A stretch of 64,000 nucleotides of DNA, from positions 82,522,001 to 82,586,000 of the forward strand of contig CM060731.1 of the NCBI GenBank assembly GCA_030704615.1, written 5' to 3'. Of the stretch, positions 12,349 through 23,360 are shown in pieces. Under the pieces are notes generated by a model. The model had not been told where the DNA came from. It was given only the letters and a program-made list of their open reading frames with translations, and did no database searches. Origin of the DNA: Takakia lepidozioides (taxonomy: Eukaryota; Plantae; Bryophyta). Within the stretch, counting starts at the first letter, position 1; each line of letters starts with the position of its first letter. The translations under genes and the position numbers were made by a program.

Positions 12349-13930
12349 TGTTAGAGGGCTGCTTGGGACTTAGACGCTTTTACGGGTTCTGTGGGGTACC
12401 CTTAATTTTTGCGCAGACTGAGACCAACAGGAGCCTTAGAGGTGGCAGCAGCAGGCTTTAGGGGGGTTACACAGCCAACACAGCCCGACACAGCCAGTCA
12501 CAGCCCGCCATAGCTTCGCACAGCCCGACACAGCCGACACAGTCCGTCATAGTCAGTCACAGCCCGCCACAGCTTCGCACAGCCGACACATTCCGTCACA
12601 GCCAGTCACAGCCGCCACAGCTTCGCACAGCCCGACACAGCCTTACACAGCCAGTCACAGCTCGGCACAGCTTGACACGCCTGTCACAATATATGGGGAA
12701 CAGTTATCATTGGCAGGGAACGACTGTGAGGGAACGACTGTGAGGGAACGACATCTGCAGAAGGAACGTGTTACTACAGGGATGACGGTTAATTAGTTCG
12801 GTGGTTAGAACAGCTTGCGGGCAGATAAGGGGAGCGGCAACGGAAAGAGGGGACACTTCACGGGGAGCGTTTCTGGGTGATGGGAAGAGGAGATCAGGCG
12901 GAGAGCAAGAACGAGAGGACAAAGAAGGAGAAAAGATGAACAGTAGATGATTATTACATGCAGAGCTGTAGTGATACTGTAGGGCGGATTAGAGTCACCT
13001 TGACATTGGCCTAGTACCTGATAAATCATAATCTGATACTTATTCGATACAAGCACACTGTGTAGAGAGACATGAGGGAAGCTGTGAAATGAATGCATGA
13101 TAAACTGGAACTAAGTAGATATTGAAGCAATCTGATGCTTCAGTATCAGATAAGGTAAATTGATAACATGAAGGCAAGAAGGAATACAAATGGGAAGCAC
13201 AACCATGATTCACTAGCTGCAGGTCATGACTGATTGTACTGAGCGGGCTGAGTGCTTAGAGATATCCAACTCTTCTATCTTGGAGTTTCCACCTCGGATA
13301 GCGAAGGGATGGGTGAGTAAAAGCCGCTCGACATTTGGCGACCATACTGGGGACCTGGGTCATGAACAACCAGATGTGACAGGCATCTGGTGGGATCATG
13401 GTGGTTGGAGAATTAAAGAATTTGATGTGAATCAAATTCCCTGTAAAACTGAGAAGGAAAGATTGTCCAAACAATTCTTTCAGAGGTTCTTGGAATTGCC
13501 AGACGCACATTCTTAAGAGAGTGCATGATGCTGACCCTGAGTGGGGTCTGGAGAAAAGGGTGATAAAGATTTATCAGGTGGCCTGTAGAGGAAGAGCACG
13601 TTGGTTACCAACACTGGTTTATGTGATAGCATTGCTATCCATTAAGCGAGTAGAGTTTGAAGGTTGGGAGGAAAGGAAGGTGAATGTTTATACTCATATG
13701 CATGAAGAGCTTGTACTGGTAAAGAATTGGATTCCAAAGGATATTCTGTGGATCAAACTCACACCAAGAACAACTTTCCAAACTTGTTTGCCATATGGTT
13801 ATATGGTAACGGAGACTTCTAGTATAGCCAAGGGTGCATTGAAGCTTGAAAGAAACCCAGGCATATACGAGAGATACTACAAAAGAGAGTTTTGGTTATT
13901 GCCACATTAAAGAAATGAAAGACATGGGAC

Positions 13931-15372
13931 ATGAGTGATGAAAGAGAAGCTAGACTCCAGAGATATTCAGCAAAAAGAGAAAGTTATCTGAAAGCTAATT
14001 ATCCATATCTTTGGGAGAGAGGAATAGACATAGGGGAATCATCTGGACCTCTCACACCATTAAGATCAGAGAGTACATCACCCATACCGGAAGAACTAGA
14101 GTTGGATGCCACTCCTTCTGTTTCTTTGCAAGAAAGATTAAGGGAATTGGTACAGGAAGAAGATCAACCACGAGGTGAAAGATCTGAGGTACATCCCTGG
14201 ATAAAAGATTTGACAGAAATCTTTGATAAGAGTTGGCATGGAACACCAAAAGAAGGAACTCCAGTTTCTGAAATGGAAGGTGAAGAAGGAGGAGAGGATG
14301 TGGCAGAGCCAACGGAGAGTTCAGACTCTCCAACACCGTTGCAGTTGAGTTACATGAGTGAAGAAGAAACCCAAGGGCAGAACTTGGAGGATGAAATTAG
14401 AGAGAAGAAATTGGAAGAGGAAGAGTATGAAGAAGTAGACCCAACAGCTGAGGTTGAGACTACAATCAGGACATCCCAACCCGTTGGACCTGGATCAAGT
14501 GGAGCACTTGGATCACAGGCCAACGAAGGTGTCGGCACAGGGGGATCAGGCGGGCAGCCTGGATCTGGCTCTGGGGGGACAGGGAGTGTGGGAAGTAGTG
14601 CAACTGGAGCTGGGAATACTTTGAATATCGTGGGGCCAGTAGCAGGGAATGCTCAGGGGCCACCACTTGGAGAATTGGTAGCACAGAACTAACTGATGTA
14701 CTGATAGATGGAGGCTCTGGAGTGAATATCATGACAGACCAATTAAGGCAGAAGCTTGGTCTAAGTAACATGAAGCGAGCCCCATTTACAGTAACAATGG
14801 CAGATCAAAGAAGTGTACAGCCACTGGGATTGATAAGAGGAGTTAAGATACAGATTCAAAAGATGATATTTATGATCACAGTATCTGTGTTAAAAATGGA
14901 TGAAGTCATGGAAGCTTACTCCTTATTGTTGGGACGTCCGTGGCTGAAACAGGCCAAGGTATTCCATGACTGGAATTCCCAGTTACTAATTGTGCATGAT
15001 GGGATGCACAAGATACAAATTACCACTAAGAAATCTAGTAGATTACCTGCTACGAGAAGACCTCGAGGGGTCAGGGAGTATGACTGCAGGGGAGGACTTG
15101 ATGAGGAGCAGGAAGCTACCCTGTTCGCTACACACCCAGAGTGGGAGCAAGTTGCAGAGATGCAGCTGGAAGGCCTAAGTTGTTTAAAAGGTATCTGTTG
15201 TGGTGTAGTGACAGCAACACCAATTGAAGGTGAAACAAGCAATTACCCACCACATTTCTATGAAGAAAGAGAAGGAGAAATGGAAATCCTAGATGAACCA
15301 GCCACTGTGAGTTTACAGGATGAAGTGGTGACTGGTTGGACAATCACAGCTGATGAGCAGGTGAGAGAAGTG
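13931..15372 (+). pseudogene. gag: D2 gag N-terminus fused by deletion to aspartic protease
   Basis: Matches D3 gag up to ~14670, then jumps to TDVLIDGGSGVNIM...LLLGRPWL. Confidence 0.85.
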
Positions 15373-16427
15373 TGTTGCGCGGCTTTTACTCACCCATCCC
15401 TTCGCTATTCGAGGCGGAAACTCCAAGATTGAAGAGTTGGAAATCTCTAAGTACTCAGCCCGCGCAGAACAATTAGTCATGACCTACAGCTAGTGTATCA
15501 TGGGGGTGTTTCCTATTTGTTTCCCTTTTGGTATTCATGTTAACTATCTTACCATTGATAATTAAGTATCAGTTTGCTTTATCAATCTATTGGATTCCAT
15601 CAACTCATCCATTCATTCCACAGCTTCACTCAGATCTCTCTACACAGTGTGATTGTATCGTAAAAGTATCTGATTATGATTTATCAGGTATCAGGCCGAA
15701 GCCATTGTGTCTCTAATCTACTCTACAATATCATTACAGCCTTGCATATATCAAGCATCTACTCATCATCTCTCTATCTTCACTTCCGTTCTTCATCTCT
15801 GCCCGATCCCCTCTCCTCTATCACCAAGAAGTCCTCATCCGAATGATGTCCCTCAATTCCCCGTTTCTCCCTTTATCTTCCTATCCGCGGTTCTAACCGT
15901 TTCCCTCACTAACCATCGTCTGTGAACTAACATGTTCCCTTCGCAGGTGTTGTTCCCCACAGTCGTTCCCTGTCCTACTTTTCGTTCCCTATGATCGTGA
16001 CAGCTGTGTCAAGCTGTGACTGGCTGTGTGAAACTGTGACGGGCTGTGACTGGCTGTGCGACTGTGTTTGGCTGTGTCGGGCTGTGAATGGCTGTGTGGC
16101 TGTGCCGGGCTGTGTCGGCTGTGTCGGCTGTGTCTGCTGTGACGACTGTGACGGCTGTGTTGGCTGTGTCGGCTGTGACGACTGTGACGACTGTGTTGGC
16201 TGTGTCGACTGTGACGGGCTGTGTTGGCTGTGTCGGCTGTGTCTGCTGTGACGACTGTGACGGCTGTGTTGGCTGTGTCGGCTGTGACGACTGTGACGGC
16301 TGTATAACCCCCCTCTACAGTGCGCTGCTGTCACCCCTAAGGCTCTTGTTGGTCTTGGTCTGTGCAAAAATTAAGGGTACCCTACAGATCCCGTATAAGT
16401 GTCTAAGTCCCCGACAGTCCTCTAACA
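15373..16427 (-). repeat. 3' LTR of D3, containing a (CACAGC/GACA)-type short tandem array at ~15998-16303
   Basis: Near-identical to 25190-26272 except for array length. Confidence 0.95.
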
Positions 16428-16458
16428 TTACCCCTTCCCCCCTCAAAAAGCCGTGTCC

Positions 16459-19041
16459 TCACGGTTTACTGATTTCGACTAGCAAACCTTTGTGAGTGAG
16501 CACCTTCTTGACGTTGAGAGTTTCGTGGCGGACTGTGTGTACGAGCCCAGGTCTGTCTCTGGTTGACGGAGATGGTTGATCACTACCTGGATAAGTGAGG
16601 CCCTCTGGAGGCTGATATCGAGGTAACCTTTCCGGCATAGGAGACCCCCGTCGCTTCTTCTCTGCCATCTGAATTGCATAGTCTTCTCCCATGTCAAAAG
16701 AATTCGGTGAAGAAACAGTTGTATCAGAATCCTCATCGCCTCTCAGGTGTTTTAATTTTCGAACTTTTTGTGGAATCATCTGGGGCATACAATGTTGTCC
16801 TACCATGTCTGGAAGTTTGTATTTTACAACTTGGTGTAACCGCTGAACAGCAAAATTGGTGTAGACACTGAGCTCCTTGTCTGTCCAGGTGAGTGGGGTA
16901 CCAATTACTGGTGCAGCGTGCAAGTACTTCCATGCCACATGTCCCTTATAGAAAATGTCATCAATGCCGAATTTCTGTGTTGACAAATGGTTCCAGGCCG
17001 CTTGAAACCATGAACGAATTTGAGAATCCTTTTGCATCATAACTTTTGGGTCATATAGGTACATATGAGGTGGCACCGAAGGTAATACCCAATGATCTCC
17101 ACTGGAATAACTCAGAAAGCGTGTTTGCATCTTTTGTTGCTCAATGTGGTAACGTACCAGAAAACAAGCAGCGTAGTATAGCCCGCACCCCATGACAATA
17201 CTTGCTATCTCCTTGGTCTTGGTATAAATGAGTCCATGTACAACCTGGAAAGCAATCAATTCCCTCAACATGGTACCTGCCTCATGCCAGTATTGTGCAA
17301 AGTGATGATCTTCAATATGTCGATTGTTCGGAAGAACTTTAGTCCTAGTTGCCATTGGCAGCCAAATACGCATGATTTGGTAGTAATGTGCGAATGACTG
17401 CGGAGGACTAAATTCTTTCCAAGCCAAATCCAACATGATGGGAATTTGGTTGAAGGGCATAATCATAGCCCTACTGTACTCCCTTGCAGCTGGAGTTTTA
17501 GGTGGGTTAAAAGCGGCATTGCCCCATACCTCCGGCTGTGGTGGCTGTGGTGTGGTTGTAGTAACCACAGGTTCAGCTACTGGTACAGTGACTTGTTGTG
17601 GTGGTGGTGGTACTGGCTCTTGTATCATTGGCATCTCCTGCACCTCCTGTGAAGACTGAAAAGCCAAAGTTCTGGCTTGTAAATAAGAAGCCATTAGCTG
17701 TTCCTGAGGGATATAGACTCTTTGGTCGATGTTTGAAGTGAGGTCTTCCACTTGAGTCTGGAGTCCGTCTACATCCTCTTGTAACTCTGCTATCCTACTA
17801 TAGACATTGTCTATAGTAGTTGTGGCAATGTTCTGCACCTGCAGCCTGAGCTCATTCATCTCGCTTTGGGTGAGCTTCCGTGGTGCTTTGCCCTCTACTG
17901 GCCCTTGTGTTAACCAGACCTGCATAAGGCTGTTATCCACCAAGTTGCTTGTGGTTCCCCTGAGAGTTTGCTCCTCTCTTAGCTTGTACAATTCCAACTG
18001 CTGTTGTAAAGCCTCCATGCGCTTCGCCTGAGGTTCAACCAATTGCGCATAAGCAGCAAGTAGATTATTGGCTTCCTTCCAAGCCTTGTTATTGACCGTG
18101 ATTTCATTTCTATTGGCCATGATGGTTTGTTGCAACTCCACGATGTGCTTCTCTTGATCAGCTTCAATCTGCCTGTATTGCTTGAAAGTATCTTCATTGC
18201 GACAGATTGTATTCTTCATATCGACAATGAGCTTCATTTGCTCAACATTCTCTTCTTCTGCCTTCGTACATTTTTCCGCTTGACTGTTTATTTCTTTTGT
18301 AGATTGGTCAAGCATAGTTGTAAATGTAGCACATTGTATCGCCATCCTGTTATGCACTGTCTGCAACTCCGTATGTAGTGCATTCAGTTCTTGCAACTTG
18401 CTTTCATGCTGCACCTGCATTTGGTATAGCTGTTGCTTATGTGCTTCGTGCAACTGGTCTTGCGCGAGGCCTGCCTCAATCAATTGTTCCTTGGCCAATT
18501 GCAAAGCCATTTCTGTATTTCCCAAGTCCTGCTTCATCTTGAGAGTGACCTCTTCATCGACCTTGTTTGCACACTCAGTGGCTAGTCGAGCCTCAAACTC
18601 CTTCCTGAGTTCCTCTCTCAAGGCTGTCAATTGGGTAATTGGAACATGGGATTTGACATAAGTCCCCAACAAATTAAGTGTCCTGCCTATGGAACTCATC
18701 AGCATTGCCTGTTGAGGGTCATCATGGTGAGGTTGCTGCTGTTCCTCCTGATCTTCAACAGTGTGATGTCTCACGAACCATTCAGGCCATTGTCCCACCG
18801 GATTTTCTTCCTGAACTACTTCATCTATCACCGGTGCTACAGTGTCATGACCTTCCGCCTGTGGTACCTCCGACACAGGTGTGTGTATTATATGCACCTC
18901 AGGATTTCCCTTGGGCAACTGTTGCACCTCTGGGATCTCTGTCTCCTTGACCAGACCAGAATATTCATAGAGAAGGTCCCCTTTCTCCATTTCTGCCACT
19001 ATCTGTTCTGTAGTTGGAATATCTAACCCTTCACTTTCCAA
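16459..19041 (-). CDS. D3 extra 3' ORF (860 aa; long coiled-coil, Pro-rich linker, unknown C-terminal domain)
   Basis: Uninterrupted ORF between pol and the PPT, with a heptad-like E/Q/K/L-rich stretch at about aa 135-435. Confidence 0.8.
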   Translation of the reverse strand: MESEGLDIPTTEQIVAEMEKGDLLYEYSGLVKETEIPEVQQLPKGNPEVHIIHTPVSEVPQAEGHDTVAPVIDEVVQEENPVGQWPEWFVRHHTVEDQEEQQQPHHDDPQQAMLMSSIGRTLNLLGTYVKSHVPITQLTALREELRKEFEARLATECANKVDEEVTLKMKQDLGNTEMALQLAKEQLIEAGLAQDQLHEAHKQQLYQMQVQHESKLQELNALHTELQTVHNRMAIQCATFTTMLDQSTKEINSQAEKCTKAEEENVEQMKLIVDMKNTICRNEDTFKQYRQIEADQEKHIVELQQTIMANRNEITVNNKAWKEANNLLAAYAQLVEPQAKRMEALQQQLELYKLREEQTLRGTTSNLVDNSLMQVWLTQGPVEGKAPRKLTQSEMNELRLQVQNIATTTIDNVYSRIAELQEDVDGLQTQVEDLTSNIDQRVYIPQEQLMASYLQARTLAFQSSQEVQEMPMIQEPVPPPPQQVTVPVAEPVVTTTTPQPPQPEVWGNAAFNPPKTPAAREYSRAMIMPFNQIPIMLDLAWKEFSPPQSFAHYYQIMRIWLPMATRTKVLPNNRHIEDHHFAQYWHEAGTMLRELIAFQVVHGLIYTKTKEIASIVMGCGLYYAACFLVRYHIEQQKMQTRFLSYSSGDHWVLPSVPPHMYLYDPKVMMQKDSQIRSWFQAAWNHLSTQKFGIDDIFYKGHVAWKYLHAAPVIGTPLTWTDKELSVYTNFAVQRLHQVVKYKLPDMVGQHCMPQMIPQKVRKLKHLRGDEDSDTTVSSPNSFDMGEDYAIQMAEKKRRGSPMPERLPRYQPPEGLTYPGSDQPSPSTRDRPGLVHTVRHETLNVKKVLTHKGLLVEISKP

Positions 19042-19253
19042 ATCAATTATTTCGGTTGAGCTGCATGGATAACTTGTGACCTTGTGACAAGTCGATCAGC
19101 TGGCTGTGGTGGTTGTGATACAGAAGTAACTTCCTCCTCCCTCTCTGAAGGTCCTGCTTCCAGTAATAGCATTCTCTGTGCTGTGTGCCCCTTCCTGACC
19201 ATGAGCTTGGGAAACATTATCATGCGGAATCCGTGAAGCCAGTGGATCCGCCA

Positions 19254-22200
19254 CTACAGTCTTTCCCCGTCTCTGCCTCTTAGTCTCGGTTGCCCTGCTA
19301 GTCCACCCTCACTGTGTGAAGAGCCTTGCTCTTCCATTGCAGTTGTTTCTGGCTCAAACACTCCCATTTCCTTCCTTTCTTGTGCATCAAGTATGCCAGA
19401 ATCAAGGATTATTTGAGCAATGATTGGGCCAGACACTATGATAGGAGACTTTGCGGTAGTACCTTGTAATCTTTTCATCTCCTCTACCAGTGCGTTGTAC
19501 ATTATGTCCGCCCATTGTACCTCTTGTCCCTTCAGGCCTTTGAGTATTTCCTCCGTGAAGGATCTGCTCAAATACTGTTGGTTCTGTTTCATGGCAATCA
19601 GAACGTTCAATACCTGGCCTACCTCTTTTAACCCTGGGTACACAGCCTTGGTACAAGCATAACCCTGAGTTTTAAAGAAACTCCCTTCTTGGAATAAGTC
19701 CCATATTTGCAGTCTTGCCCTGTGTTCCTCCACATGCACCTGACCTGCTGGCAATCGAAACAATTGCTGGAGGTATAGGGGAGTAATCATTAATTCAACT
19801 CCCTTCACCGTTGTTGTTCCTGTCCTTGGCTCAAAGTTCTGCAAAAATTGTAACATGTACTGTCTATGGTGTAGTGTCCAATCTAGGCTTTGCAATCCTT
19901 GCAATCTCAGCTCCTCCAGTATCTGTATCGCCTGTGGGGTAGCAATCGTTTGTTTCTGCAGAATTGTGGTGCTCTTCACCCTGATTTCCTCCATTCCTCT
20001 CACTCTCTTCATTTTAGACTCACAGAACTGTTTTGGCTGTAACAACTGCAGGAATGCCTGTAGTGCACAAAGCATAAACGTATGGTTGCCGCAGAAAGCT
20101 ATGGGTAATTTCTTGTAAGCCTGCGGGGCTTGCAAGCATCGCTCAAGAGAAAAGCTCTGCTCTGTCCTTTCGTGTCTATGCCACTGCGTAAGTAATATTG
20201 CGAGCGTATAGTCTGTTAGTTCCTCCATAGTTTCCAAGGTATAGCATTGATGGTCTGTCCTGTCGAGACGCCCGTTACTCAGAACGACGCCGCCTCTTGC
20301 GCTCAATTTCCCTCCATTTTCTTGATCCTTTCTCTGGTTTTCTATTGGCTGTATCCGCTGTGACTGGATTTTAGATTTTATCTTCTTTAGTGGACTTTCC
20401 CTGTTGGATAGTCCACTAGGATCACACATGTGACAAGAATTCCGCTTTTCTGTACTTGCCGTTCGTTCCGTTTCCCTTTTTCCGTACTCATTAATGGGCC
20501 CGCCTTTCATCCCTTTTGACGGCCGTTCTTGTCCTCTTTCTTTTTGACACCTGTTCTTGCACTTCCTTCTCGGCTGTGTGTCGCGCCCTGACCTCCACGT
20601 GTCTATTTTTAAAGTAATTTCCGTTTCCTCTTCCGTCAGCCATTTTCCTGAAGTTATTATGCGTCCACTTGTCACTGATTCTATGGATCGTGTAACTTTA
20701 GTAGGCTGTGTTGAGCTGTGACAGGCTGTGTCATACTGTGTTACGCTGTGATAGGCTGTGATGCACTGTGGTAAGCTGTGATAGGCTGTGACACGCTGTG
20801 GTAGGTTGTGATAGGCTGTGTTGCGCCGTGCTGGGCTGTGATAGGCTGTGTCACGTTGTGATGGGCTGTGATAGGCTGTGTCACGTCGTGATGGGCTGTG
20901 ATAGGCTGTGCTTTGCCTTGATGGGCTGTGATAGGATGTGTTACGTTTGTTTTGCCCACCCTGGTCATATATGCTGGGCCTAGCGACAAGTGCTCCATAC
21001 TCCGTTCGTAACACTGGTGCAGCCCGTGACTGCTCTTGCGGTTCAACATGCAAATCATGCTGCAAGGGTTTGTCATGGATACCACTGTACCCCTTCAACT
21101 TATTTGCATTGACTCTTCCCAGCATTTCTTTGTTAATGGTTTGTAACATGGCGGTGTTGTTATCATACATCTTTTGTATGACATAAGGTCCTTTCCACGG
21201 TGATTTAAGCTTAGAAGCTTGAATCTTTTCTTTCTTCTGCAACCATAGAACCAAATCCCCCGTCTTAAAAGTTTTTAACTTGCCTTCATCAAACTGTTCC
21301 TTTCGCTTCATCTGAATTCTGGTCATATTATCAGCTGCATCAGCACGTACTTCTTCCACATGGTATAATTCATGTTTCCTGACCTTGATGGAGTCTTGCA
21401 ATTCCATTCTTTTTCCCCACTCCGTTCTCATGGTAGGTAACAGGAATTCCACTGGAAGTAAGGCTTCCATACCATAAACTAATTGGAATGGTGTATACTT
21501 AGTGGTGACTTTATATGAAGTCCTGTATGACCACAAAGCTGTCAGCAGCTTTGTATCCCAATCCGTTCTGTTTGCATTGACTATCTTAGCCAAGATATTA
21601 CATAGTATTTTGTTGGTAGCCTCTGCCTGCCCATTACCCTGTGGGTAATATGTTGTACTCTTTCTATGCACAATCATAAACTCTTTAGTCAACAACTCAA
21701 TGGTCGCATTCATGAAGTGACTTCCTTGATCACTGATAAATTCTAAGGGACAGCCAAATCGTGTAAGTATGTTCTCGTACAGGAACCTTGCTGTGGACTT
21801 GGCTGTGTTGTCCCTCAAAGCTTTAGCTTCCACCCACTTTGTAGTATAATCAGTGGTTGTAATTATGTACCTGTTTCGTGTATTATTGGATGGTGGGTTA
21901 ATTGGTCCAACAAAGTCTAGTCCCCATTTCTGAAATGGTTCTGTAGGCATTGTAGGATGCAAGGCCATCCTTCCAGATCTCTGCAAAGGTCCTAGCCTCT
22001 GACATTCATCACACTTCTGACAATACTCGTATACATCTTTGAACAAAGTAGGCCACCAGTATCCTGCGAGTAGTATCTTTCTACTGGTAGTCTCTTCTCC
22101 AAAATGACCTCCAGCCACTCCTTTATGAACTTCCGCCAAAACTTTATTTACTTCATGGTGGTACAAGCATCGTTTTAGTACTCCATCAGGTCCTAACTTA

Positions 22201-23360
22201 TACATTCTGCTTCCTACCATAGTATAAGGTAAAGCTTTGATAGCGATTCTCTTCCTCTGCTCCTTACCATAACTAGGTGGGTACTGACCATGAGCAAGGT
22301 AGTATCTGATTGGCCACTGCCAATCTAACCAGTCATCTGCACTTCCCTGCACCTCCACTGCAAAGAGACTCGCATCTGGTAATTGATCATCTATTCCTGT
22401 GGCTGGTTCTCCTGTTGACAATCGTGACAAATGATCCGCCACAAGATGCAGTCTCTCAGGCTTGTAAACAACCTCAAACTCAAACTCGTGCAAGATTATC
22501 AAACATCTTGCTATTCTTCCGCTTATCAGAGGTTTGTTTACCAGGTATATCAGAGCCTGGTGATCCACATAGAACATAAACTTCTTGCCCAACAGGTAAT
22601 GCCTGAATTTCTTCACTGCATAGATCATTGCCAATGCTTCTCTTTCCGTTGTGCTATAGTTCCTCTCAGCACTGTTCATCAACCGGCTAGCATAGTACAC
22701 AGGTGAATCTATATTCCCTGTAACATTCTGGGCTAACACCGCTCCCAACGCTTCTCGTGATGCATCGCAGTGAACATGGAATACTACATGCCAGTGAGGG
22801 TTAATCAGCACAGGTGTAGTTGTTACTGACAGTGTAAGTTCCTCAAATGCCTGTTGACATTCAGCTGTCCAGGCAAACACTGCATCTTTCTTCAGTAGTT
22901 TGCTCAATGGTGCTGCTATTTGTGCATACCTTTTGACAAATCTCCTGTAATAACTGGTTTGCCCAAGGAATCTCCGTAGACTTTTAACATTCACTGGTGG
23001 TGGAGAGGCTTTAATGGACTCTGTCTTTCTGGGATCCACAAGGAGTCCCTTCTTACACACAATATGTCCCAGAAGCACCCCTGAGTTCACACAGAAAGTA
23101 CACTTCTCTGGATTCAGGCCCAGACCTCTCATCCTGCATCTGGCCAAACATAACTCCAATTTATGCAAGTGCTCACTCTTAGAGCTGTACACACTGAAAT
23201 CATCCAAGAATACCTGCATGAAATCATCCAGATACTCATGAAAAGATTCACTTATCACTCTCTGAAAGGTCGCTGGTGCATTACAAAGTCCAAAGGGCAT
23301 GACTTTGTATGCATAAGCCCCCCAGTCTGTGATGAAAGCTGTTTTCCACTCACAAACCAA
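19254..23360 (-). CDS. pol: D3 pol (C-half of RT, RNase H, integrase) with long C-terminal extension
   Basis: MPFGLCNAP, FLDD, CDAS, EREALA, H..GHFG...C..C, LDFVGP, SDQGSHF, PQGNGQAE and PWKGPY motifs, then 7-aa repeats and a ~300-aa extra domain. Confidence 0.93.
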   Translation of the reverse strand: MVCEWKTAFITDWGAYAYKVMPFGLCNAPATFQRVISESFHEYLDDFMQVFLDDFSVYSSKSEHLHKLELCLARCRMRGLGLNPEKCTFCVNSGVLLGHIVCKKGLLVDPRKTESIKASPPPVNVKSLRRFLGQTSYYRRFVKRYAQIAAPLSKLLKKDAVFAWTAECQQAFEELTLSVTTTPVLINPHWHVVFHVHCDASREALGAVLAQNVTGNIDSPVYYASRLMNSAERNYSTTEREALAMIYAVKKFRHYLLGKKFMFYVDHQALIYLVNKPLISGRIARCLIILHEFEFEVVYKPERLHLVADHLSRLSTGEPATGIDDQLPDASLFAVEVQGSADDWLDWQWPIRYYLAHGQYPPSYGKEQRKRIAIKALPYTMVGSRMYKLGPDGVLKRCLYHHEVNKVLAEVHKGVAGGHFGEETTSRKILLAGYWWPTLFKDVYEYCQKCDECQRLGPLQRSGRMALHPTMPTEPFQKWGLDFVGPINPPSNNTRNRYIITTTDYTTKWVEAKALRDNTAKSTARFLYENILTRFGCPLEFISDQGSHFMNATIELLTKEFMIVHRKSTTYYPQGNGQAEATNKILCNILAKIVNANRTDWDTKLLTALWSYRTSYKVTTKYTPFQLVYGMEALLPVEFLLPTMRTEWGKRMELQDSIKVRKHELYHVEEVRADAADNMTRIQMKRKEQFDEGKLKTFKTGDLVLWLQKKEKIQASKLKSPWKGPYVIQKMYDNNTAMLQTINKEMLGRVNANKLKGYSGIHDKPLQHDLHVEPQEQSRAAPVLRTEYGALVARPSIYDQGGQNKRNTSYHSPSRQSTAYHSPSRRDTAYHSPSQRDTAYHSPARRNTAYHNLPQRVTAYHSLPQCITAYHSVTQYDTACHSSTQPTKVTRSIESVTSGRIITSGKWLTEEETEITLKIDTWRSGRDTQPRRKCKNRCQKERGQERPSKGMKGGPINEYGKRETERTASTEKRNSCHMCDPSGLSNRESPLKKIKSKIQSQRIQPIENQRKDQENGGKLSARGGVVLSNGRLDRTDHQCYTLETMEELTDYTLAILLTQWHRHERTEQSFSLERCLQAPQAYKKLPIAFCGNHTFMLCALQAFLQLLQPKQFCESKMKRVRGMEEIRVKSTTILQKQTIATPQAIQILEELRLQGLQSLDWTLHHRQYMLQFLQNFEPRTGTTTVKGVELMITPLYLQQLFRLPAGQVHVEEHRARLQIWDLFQEGSFFKTQGYACTKAVYPGLKEVGQVLNVLIAMKQNQQYLSRSFTEEILKGLKGQEVQWADIMYNALVEEMKRLQGTTAKSPIIVSGPIIAQIILDSGILDAQERKEMGVFEPETTAMEEQGSSHSEGGLAGQPRLRGRDGERL
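20703..20940. repeat. 21-bp tandem repeat inside D3 pol, encoding TAYHSPS-like heptads
   Basis: About 10 units containing GGCTGTGATAGGCTGTG. Confidence 0.85.

Noticed and set aside
15998-16303. CRISPR-like array
   Set aside because: Short tandem units without unique spacers, in a eukaryotic LTR.
15975-16495. Cys-rich metallothionein-like or Ser/His-rich ORFs (also 25808-26212 and 10787-11105)
   Set aside because: They are translations of the LTR tandem array.
16459-19041. Envelope glycoprotein
   Set aside because: No evident signal peptide or transmembrane helix.
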